A DNA stretch of 37,320 nucleotides from Candidatus Thorarchaeota archaeon (GTDB taxonomy: Archaea > Asgardarchaeota > Thorarchaeia > Thorarchaeales > Thorarchaeaceae), in contig JBHLQM010000029.1 in NCBI GenBank assembly GCA_048884785.1, positions 1 to 37,320 of the forward strand, read 5' to 3'. Below, piece after piece: positions 28,935 to 37,320 of the stretch. Every line of letters begins with the position of its first letter. The stretch's first letter is position 1. Both the position numbers and the translations under genes were made by a program. Below the pieces are notes generated by a model, which was not told the origin of the DNA, made no database searches, and was given only the letters and a program-made list of their open reading frames with translations.

Positions 28935-30194
28935 ATGTCGCGAGTTATTAGTGGAATATTCTTCCAATTATCTGTCACAAAGGACTCAGTGAAGCAATAC
29001 TCCCGAAAGTGGTGGCTGAGTGTCCTAATACTGACCGCATTTGCCATCATAGTAATTGCAGGTCTTATCGGATTGGCCCTAATTTCAAATCGTGGTGTTG
29101 GTCTTCAGGTTGTGACAGGTACTTTTGTCATCGCAATCGTTGTGTTCTTTGCTTCAATGTTCTTCAAGACAGAATTTGGAGCCGATGCTATTATACAGAG
29201 AAAGACACTACTCAGACTTGCTCTAATAATCATGGTTCTTGCAATGATTATTGCTCCTCTAAGTCTGTTCATCTACCCGTCAGATCCACTCGGGTTTCTC
29301 AATGTGGTAACTGGCGGAGGAGTCATTCTATCTATAGTCTTTCTCCTTGTATATGAAGGATATCCGAGGCTAAAGATGCATGGATCGTCTGGAATACTCT
29401 CAAGTGCAGGATTGATTATTGTATTCTGTCTCATGTACATGACTTTCATTTCATATTGGATTGTCCCCTACAACCCATTTTCGATAAATGTTGGGGGAAT
29501 TCGAGAACCTCCCAATCCAGACTTTCCATTGGGAACAACATCTCTGGGTCAGGATATGTTGAGTCGCGTTCTTGCAGGGGGAGCAACCATGCTACAGGTT
29601 GCTGTGCTTTCTGTTATTGTGTGTTTCAGCATTGGTGTTCCAGTCGGTCTCCTATCTGCTTATAGAGGAGGCAATATCGATCGTGCCATTGGTCTTGCCA
29701 TGGACAGTATGTTTGCATTTCCTGGTTTGGTATTGGCAATCGCGATATCCGCAATGCTTGGTCCTGGAGTTGTAAACATGGCCATAGCCATCGCCGTTGT
29801 GTACATCCCCTCCTACTTCAGGATAGTCAGGAGTCAGGTGTTCACAGTGCGAGAACTTCCATATGTTGAGGCTGCAGTAGTGATGGGGGCACGCGATAGG
29901 GACATTCTTCTAAAATACATTCTACCAAATGTACTGCCCTCTTCATTAGTAATTATGTCCATCAACTTTGCAGATGCCATTTTGACAGCTGCAGGACTTA
30001 CATTTGTTGGACTTGGTTTGCCGATTGATATTGCCGATTGGGGGTGGGACTTGACTCTTGGATTTGATGTAATCATTGTTGGCGCATGGTGGATCTCAAG
30101 TTTTCCTGGATTAATGATTGTGCTTCTTGCTCTTGGTTTCACACTGACAGGAGACGGATTGAATGAAATCCTGACGCCAAAATTGCGGGAGTGA
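28935..30194 (+). CDS. dppC: Peptide ABC transporter permease (DppC/OppC) with N-terminal multi-TM extension
   Basis: LGTTSLGQDMLSR, YVEAAVVMGA, WWISSFPG, GDGLNE. ATG after AGGAGG (alternative GTG 28926). Confidence 0.92.
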   Translation: MSRVISGIFFQLSVTKDSVKQYSRKWWLSVLILTAFAIIVIAGLIGLALISNRGVGLQVVTGTFVIAIVVFFASMFFKTEFGADAIIQRKTLLRLALIIMVLAMIIAPLSLFIYPSDPLGFLNVVTGGGVILSIVFLLVYEGYPRLKMHGSSGILSSAGLIIVFCLMYMTFISYWIVPYNPFSINVGGIREPPNPDFPLGTTSLGQDMLSRVLAGGATMLQVAVLSVIVCFSIGVPVGLLSAYRGGNIDRAIGLAMDSMFAFPGLVLAIAISAMLGPGVVNMAIAIAVVYIPSYFRIVRSQVFTVRELPYVEAAVVMGARDRDILLKYILPNVLPSSLVIMSINFADAILTAAGLTFVGLGLPIDIADWGWDLTLGFDVIIVGAWWISSFPGLMIVLLALGFTLTGDGLNEILTPKLRE

Positions 30195-30200
30195 TTAGTC

Positions 30201-31208
30201 ATGAATGACGTATTGCGCATCGAAGACCTAATAGTTGAATACCACACTCGACGAGGAACAGCAAGAGCAGTCGATAGAGTAAACCTATCGCTTGGAGAGA
30301 ATAGAACTCTGGGACTCGCTGGAGAGTCTGGATGTGGTAAGTCTACTCTTGGACGAGCAATCATGCAATTAGTTCCCTATCCTGGAAATATTGTAAGTGG
30401 AAATATCTACCTCGATATCGATCACGATATTCCATGGAAGAAGGGCGTTATTCCAAAGGGAGAGGTTTCAATCCTTGACTTAAATCCTGATCAGATGCGA
30501 ATGGTTCGAGGAAGTGAGATCGCGTACATTTTCCAAGACCCCATGACTTCTCTCAATCCTATGCTCAGCATTGGGAAGCACTTTGTCCAAATACAACAGG
30601 CACATGATTCGAATATTGAAAAAGAAGCCGCGCTTGAACGGGCAGTAGAAGTTCTTGAAGACCTTGGAATTCTTGGAGAGCGAATAAACGACTACCCTCA
30701 TCAGTTTAGCGGTGGAATGCGTCAGAGAGTAATGATTGGTCTTGGTTTGGTACTTCGTCCTCGTTTACTCATCTCTGACGAACCTACGACATCGCTCGAT
30801 GTGATTGTAGAGGCTCAGATTTTAGAGGAAATGGCAGAGCTTAAGGAGCAGTTCAATCTGACAATGATTTTGATTACGCATAATCTTGGTGTCCTAGCTC
30901 AAACAGCTGATGAAGTTGCCATAATGTATGCTGGCAGAATTGCCGAGCTTGCTGCTACCGAAGCCCTCTTTGAGTCGCCGCAACACCCCTATGCGGCAGC
31001 CCTTCTCCAATCAGTTCCAGATGTAACAAAACCTGAGAAGCAACTTGCGTGGATACCGGGCATGCCACCCGATCTTGTAGACCCATTACCTGGGTGCATG
31101 TACAATCCACGATGTCCTCATGCAATGGACATCTGCAGAGAACAGGAACCTGTTCTAATTGACAGTGATACAGGAGGTAAAGTCGCATGTCATTTGTATG
31201 GAGGGTAA
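30201..31208 (+). CDS. dppD: Peptide ABC transporter ATP-binding protein (DppD/OppD)
   Basis: GESGCGKS, FQDPMTSLNP, FSGGMRQR, DEPT, HPY, C-terminal Cys cluster. Confidence 0.95.
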   Translation: MNDVLRIEDLIVEYHTRRGTARAVDRVNLSLGENRTLGLAGESGCGKSTLGRAIMQLVPYPGNIVSGNIYLDIDHDIPWKKGVIPKGEVSILDLNPDQMRMVRGSEIAYIFQDPMTSLNPMLSIGKHFVQIQQAHDSNIEKEAALERAVEVLEDLGILGERINDYPHQFSGGMRQRVMIGLGLVLRPRLLISDEPTTSLDVIVEAQILEEMAELKEQFNLTMILITHNLGVLAQTADEVAIMYAGRIAELAATEALFESPQHPYAAALLQSVPDVTKPEKQLAWIPGMPPDLVDPLPGCMYNPRCPHAMDICREQEPVLIDSDTGGKVACHLYGG

Positions 31209-31212
31209 TGAG

Positions 31213-32190
31213 ATGAAATTGCTTGAGATTAGAAATGTAAAGAAGTACTTCCCGGTGCAAAAAGGTTTCATCGAACAACTATTGACCCGTGAACGAGAAT
31301 TTGTCCGGGCGGTTGATGGCGTATCATTTGATATCATGAAGGGAGAAGTACTCGGTCTTGCAGGAGAGAGTGGATCTGGAAAGACCACTATGGGTCGTCT
31401 CTGTGTGAGACTCATTCAACCAACTGCTGGTGAGATCCTTTTTGACGGAAAGGATATTGCATCAATAAAGAGTGACGAGATGCGAAGAATCAGACAACGG
31501 CTTCAGTTTACTTTTCAGGATCCTTCATCATCCCTCAACCCACGTTTATCGATAGGCGATGCAATTGCTGATGCCTTGAAATTCCAAGAGATTGGTTCTA
31601 AACAAGAGAGGACAGAAAAATCTGAGGCAATACTTGAACGAGTAGGACTATCTCCTGCAAGGTCATTCTATAATAGACGTCCTCATCAATTATCTGGAGG
31701 TCAAAAGCAGAGAGTCGTATTTGGACGGGCTATCGTTTTAAATCCAGATTTTGTGGTGACAGATGAACCTGTCGCGATGGTTGATGTTTCAATTAAAGCT
31801 CAGCTGCTAGAGCTTATGCTTGATCTAAAAAGAGACTTTAACCTGACATACCTATTCATCTCACATGATTTGGCAACAGCGCGTTATGTATGTGATAGAA
31901 TAGCTATCATGTATCTAGGAAAGCTCATTGAAATTGGAGATAAGAATCAGGTCTACGAAGAACCGCTTCATCCCTATACAGAGGGGCTCATCAGTGCAAT
32001 ACCTGTTCCTGATCCTAAAGTCGAGAAGCCGGAGAAGATACCTCGAGGAGAAATCCCGAGCCCAATTAACCCACCTACTGGCTGCAGATTTCATCCGAGA
32101 TGTCCAAAAGTCTTTGATAAATGCCCGGTGGAAGAGCCCCTGCTAAAGGACGTGGGTGACGGACGATCTGTGGCATGTCACCTCTATTGA
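31213..32190 (+). CDS. dppF: Peptide ABC transporter ATP-binding protein (DppF/OppF)
   Basis: GESGSGKT, LSGGQKQR, DEP, HPYT, GCRFHPRCP, VACHLY. Confidence 0.95.
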   Translation: MKLLEIRNVKKYFPVQKGFIEQLLTREREFVRAVDGVSFDIMKGEVLGLAGESGSGKTTMGRLCVRLIQPTAGEILFDGKDIASIKSDEMRRIRQRLQFTFQDPSSSLNPRLSIGDAIADALKFQEIGSKQERTEKSEAILERVGLSPARSFYNRRPHQLSGGQKQRVVFGRAIVLNPDFVVTDEPVAMVDVSIKAQLLELMLDLKRDFNLTYLFISHDLATARYVCDRIAIMYLGKLIEIGDKNQVYEEPLHPYTEGLISAIPVPDPKVEKPEKIPRGEIPSPINPPTGCRFHPRCPKVFDKCPVEEPLLKDVGDGRSVACHLY

Positions 32191-32380
32191 TACCATAAAA
32201 AGGACAGGAATTCGCGGATAGGTTTTCTAGACGAATCATCTAGTGCCATCGTTCATTCCACCTTTATATTCAAGAAACATACATAATATTGAATCAAGAT
32301 GAAGCATGCCAGAGTGTGTCATGAAAATAGCCACCATTTGATTTCTGGTTACAATTCAGTTGATTCAGATTGGCACATTT

Positions 32381-32492
32381 GCAGAGTTCTCGGACCAAAA
32401 CCATGATGGAAGAGCCGTAGAACTGCAGGTAGCTAACTATCAAATGGCTACCATATGAATGGCGGGAAACCCCTTCCCGCCCTTCCATCACC
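32381..32492. ncRNA. Candidate pseudoknotted structured RNA, family unknown
   Basis: Four mutually compatible pairings within about 110 nt; see findings. Confidence 0.35.
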
Positions 32493-32556
32493 TTTACACT
32501 CGTTTCTTTTGAGAATCAACCTAAAGAGAGTAATATATTCCATCTAAGTGATTGAG

Positions 32557-32703
32557 ATGCCAGAGTGTTCACATTGTGGTCGACAAATCTCCCCCGAGGA
32601 GGCCAAAAGACTTCGGCGAAAGCGTGGGGCCTCTCCTCTATTATGCACTTTATGCTGTCCAACTCAGGCTGGCAAGCATGGCTCAAATTCTAGTAGTGAG
32701 TGA
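32557..32703 (+). CDS. 48-aa CxxC..CxxC zinc-finger micro-protein
   Basis: MPECSHCGRQISPEEAKRLRRKRGASPLLCTLCCPTQAGKHGSNSSSE*; upstream TAATATAT and GTGA; not in ORF track. Confidence 0.65.
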   Translation: MPECSHCGRQISPEEAKRLRRKRGASPLLCTLCCPTQAGKHGSNSSSE

Positions 32704-32720
32704 TGCAGCCTTAGAATTAG

Positions 32721-35327
32721 CTATTCATTATTCTTCTCAAAATGTGCTTCTACCTTCGTCAGTCTATCCTTGAGCTCTCTATTTTCTCTCTCAAGTTCCT
32801 CTACTGATTTTCTGATAGATGCAATTTCTGTTGTATCCTTCTTCTTCCCTAATTCCCGAATTGCCTCTCTTGCACCTCTAATGATGTCCGACTCGGTATA
32901 ACTCTCTGCTACTTTCGTCAGGGATGGAATCAATCCTGCATCTCCATAGGTCCTAGAGGCATTTATTGCACCAATCTGAACTTTGTAGGATCTATCATAG
33001 AGCAGTTTCTCAATAATCTCCTTTACCTCAGGATGCTTCTTTTTGAACTTCTTTCCAAGAAAAGCGAGTTCCATTGGTGCAGTCCTCCTAATTTCATCAG
33101 GAATGCCTGGTTTCACATACTCCTTTAGTATGTCAATTGCTTCAGACTTTCCAGTTTCCTTTATACCTGATATATACCCGCGCCTTACAATTTCAGTCCA
33201 ACTTGGTGAAGCAGTCTTGAGGTGTTGTTTCAATATCTCAAACGCAAGCTTATGATTCGTCTTGCCAATTGAAGTGGCAGCGGAGGCAACAACGAAATAT
33301 GAGTCGCTATCACGCAATAGTTTTTCTAAAGCCTCAAACGCTCTGTCATTTTGATAGAACTGTCCGAGTGCTCGAGCCACATCGGTCCTTGCACGACTGT
33401 CTTTAACATTAACACCTTTGAGAAGCTGGTCAAGGGCAGACTCACTCTTTACCTCTCCCAGCACCTTGGCAACCTCGGCCTGCACCCCCCAGAATGCGTC
33501 ATTGATGAGCGATTTTCCAAGTGCTTCAAGTGCCTTTGGAGTTGCTTTCTTTCCGAGTGCCTGAGCAGCTTTTATTTTTTGAATCACATTCTTCCCGTGA
33601 TGAAGCTGTTCAATCCACATTGGCTCAGGTTTAGTTATATCCCAATCCATTAGTACGGTGTAGTCTGGGTCAACAAGGATTTGCTTCGGGTTTTTCGCAA
33701 TCGAGTAATAGAAACTATGAATCCTTTCGTTGACTTGGACTTTGTACCGTATTCGTTCTCCTTCTTCATCTACAAACTCTATAGTCAGCGGGAACTTGAA
33801 TACTTTAGGAGTCATCCCATCGTCATGTTTCTGTGTCTGTTCCACCTTTACAAGTGCATGGCCGAGCTCATCATCAAATGTACACTCGATTTTGCATTCG
33901 GGATATCCTGCCTTGTACAACCATTGCTCAAAGAACCATCCGTGGTCTTCACCGGTCATCTCCGTGAAGAGTGCCTCAAGATCATGAGTATAGGGTGATT
34001 TGTGGGCGAATCTTGTCATCCACTCACCTAGAATTTTCCACCACCTGTCTTCCCCAACGAGATGTTTTAGCATATAATATCTCCATGCAGCACCAGGATA
34101 GAGATGTCTATCAAAGACGTCTGACCCCCTCTCCCATTCATTCTGCACAATTGGGCGCCTGTACTTGTTTTTGTCCTCATCAAAATAGGAAGTTTGCTTA
34201 CCGTATTGTTCGTAGAGATACTCATCGTAGCCTTTGTCATGGAGTTTCCACTCATTCTGCATCTGAGTTCCCCAGCCCTCATTCAGCCAACCATGACTCC
34301 AAGTTCTACATGTAACAAGGTCACCACCCCACATATGAGCAAGCTCATGTGCAACAAGACCATCTGACTGGTAATCCTTCTCCGTTTTCTCATCATGCAA
34401 CGTGGCATCTGTTTGTGTAGTTGCACTGGTATTCTCCATCCCTCCAATGAGGAAATAGGCTGCAGTGACTTGAGCGTATTTGGCCCATGGATATTTGACA
34501 CCCAGTTTCTCTTCAAAGAACTCGATCATTTTCGGAGTCTTTCCAAATGACCGATAAACAGTCTCTCGATCCCATCGCTTGTGTGCATAATAGCTCACCT
34601 CAAGTCCATGTAGGTCCTCCTTATATTCCACATACTCGGAAGCGGCCATGGTCATGAGATATGCAGGAATCGGGAGTTCCTGTACCCAATGAAACGTTTC
34701 CGTTCCATCATCATTCACGTTTCTCTCCTTGAGGTATCCATTACTTACAGCAAAGTATCCCTTCGGGACGGTGAGGATTGTTTCTGTTGGGAATTTGTGA
34801 CTCGGATTGTCGTAAACCGGTACGCAGTACCTACAGCAGTCATCCTGCATCTGCGTCCAAAAAGAGCTCTCAACATCTGGAAACTCTGGATATGGATTAG
34901 TGAACCACAGTCCAACTCGTGGTTTCTCTATGGTATAAGTGAAGGTCAGCTCCATGGACTCTCCTTCATTAAGGCTATTTGAGAGATATACTATCATACT
35001 CTGAGAGTCGGGGTACATCTCGTATTCCAGCTCGTCGCCGGAAGGACCAGTGACTCCTGTTATGTTAAGCTCTGCAGCATGAAGAAATACCTTTGATAGA
35101 TTTGGAACAATAGCCGTAATTCGTAGTCTTGAGATGGCATCAACCCTTTCATTTGCAATATCGACATTCCAGTCAACGATAAGTAAATCAATATTATAAT
35201 GACGTGGCGGTGCCCACTGAGGTTTGGCAGTCGGGAATGTGAATTCATCCCGGTCTGCAAGAATGTTCTTCTCTTCCACAAACTCGCCGCGCATCAACAA
35301 ATCAAGATAATCATGGAAATCTGTCAT
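32721..35327 (-). CDS. pepN: M1 family Zn aminopeptidase with C-terminal HEAT repeats and coiled coil
   Basis: GGMEN, HELAH-x18-E (WLNEG), HEAT-like helical repeats, terminal heptad segment. Confidence 0.93.
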   Translation of the reverse strand: MTDFHDYLDLLMRGEFVEEKNILADRDEFTFPTAKPQWAPPRHYNIDLLIVDWNVDIANERVDAISRLRITAIVPNLSKVFLHAAELNITGVTGPSGDELEYEMYPDSQSMIVYLSNSLNEGESMELTFTYTIEKPRVGLWFTNPYPEFPDVESSFWTQMQDDCCRYCVPVYDNPSHKFPTETILTVPKGYFAVSNGYLKERNVNDDGTETFHWVQELPIPAYLMTMAASEYVEYKEDLHGLEVSYYAHKRWDRETVYRSFGKTPKMIEFFEEKLGVKYPWAKYAQVTAAYFLIGGMENTSATTQTDATLHDEKTEKDYQSDGLVAHELAHMWGGDLVTCRTWSHGWLNEGWGTQMQNEWKLHDKGYDEYLYEQYGKQTSYFDEDKNKYRRPIVQNEWERGSDVFDRHLYPGAAWRYYMLKHLVGEDRWWKILGEWMTRFAHKSPYTHDLEALFTEMTGEDHGWFFEQWLYKAGYPECKIECTFDDELGHALVKVEQTQKHDDGMTPKVFKFPLTIEFVDEEGERIRYKVQVNERIHSFYYSIAKNPKQILVDPDYTVLMDWDITKPEPMWIEQLHHGKNVIQKIKAAQALGKKATPKALEALGKSLINDAFWGVQAEVAKVLGEVKSESALDQLLKGVNVKDSRARTDVARALGQFYQNDRAFEALEKLLRDSDSYFVVASAATSIGKTNHKLAFEILKQHLKTASPSWTEIVRRGYISGIKETGKSEAIDILKEYVKPGIPDEIRRTAPMELAFLGKKFKKKHPEVKEIIEKLLYDRSYKVQIGAINASRTYGDAGLIPSLTKVAESYTESDIIRGAREAIRELGKKKDTTEIASIRKSVEELERENRELKDRLTKVEAHFEKNNE

Positions 35328-35490
35328 TTGATCATGTTCTCCCGAATAGGGGCTACTGAATCCCGATTAATAGATGTTTGAATCACTGAAAATGATTGGG
35401 TTGAATGCAGAATACGCCAAACATAACCATTTTGGCACCTGTAGAAGCGCTTATTACGAAAGAAGTCCTCTAATTATACTGCGGTCCCTT

Positions 35491-35505
35491 GGAAAGCTTT
35501 TTATT
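35491..35505 (+). promoter_or_regulatory. Putative BRE/TATA promoter of the rRNA transcript
   Basis: GGAAAGCTTTTTATT about 320 nt upstream of 16S, followed by a structured leader. Confidence 0.5.
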
Positions 35506-35825
35506 CACTTTCTGTAGGGAACGTTTGCTTCGCATCCTACGGTGTCAGGTCGGATGCTGTCGGCGAATGCCCAGCGATGATGATTGGTTGATTTCCAGAT
35601 GCGAATACATGATGCGGACGTGAGATAGACTGGCGCAAATGTGTCAGAATCCCCTCAGGTCTAAGATATGCTCAACAGTGTGCAGGTATAATTGGGTAAG
35701 AACATCTCTTCAAACCCCGTTAAGCCTGTACTTCATCAAGCGAAAGTTCAGTGTGTAAAAGGTTGTACATGAAGACCGACTACTACTCCGGTCTTACCTT
35801 GCTGAATCATGTACAATGACGATCA

Positions 35826-37320
<1,495 letters not shown>

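Noticed and set aside
32306-32492. Possible selenoprotein (in-frame TGA) with the GC hairpin as SECIS
   Set aside because: The read-through peptide has no redox-motif context, and the hairpin lacks the 3' GA needed for a kink-turn SECIS.
32306-32568. 12-bp repeat ATGCCAGAGTGT at 32306 and 32557
   Set aside because: Only two copies; the first opens an 11-codon ORF and similarity ends immediately. Not an array or clear duplication.
35570-35636. C/D-box-like ATGATGA...CAGA...ATGATGC in the rRNA leader
   Set aside because: No terminal CTGA D box and no target identified.

Overview
Archaeal chromosomal window, most consistent with an Asgard archaeon (Thorarchaeia-like). This is inferred from the divergent archaeal 16S rRNA at the right end, BHB-type tRNA introns and a TM-anchored NosD/beta-helix surface protein. 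Backbone genes are polX, a ybaK-family gene, pyrH, valS, a complete Dpp/Opp ABC operon, a HEAT-tailed M1 aminopeptidase and 16S rRNA (cut by the window end). The ORF track misses several features: (1) a truncated His-phosphocarrier (PEP-utiliser mobile domain) gene divergent from an unknown 385-aa protein and a CrtC-like protein; (2) a tRNA-Leu(CAA) with two BHB introns (37/38 and 53/54); (3) a tRNA-Ala(CGC) whose 3' half is duplicated 1.5 kb away, delimiting an integrase-less two-gene mini-island; (4) a GC-shifted accessory segment next to tRNA-Leu holding an oxidoreductase remnant, a split wHTH gene and a ~220-nt multi-hairpin element; (5) a ~110-nt pseudoknot-like element; (6) two CxxC..CxxC micro-proteins. 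No CRISPR array, transposase or integrase was seen. All family calls come from motif recognition by eye, not database searches.
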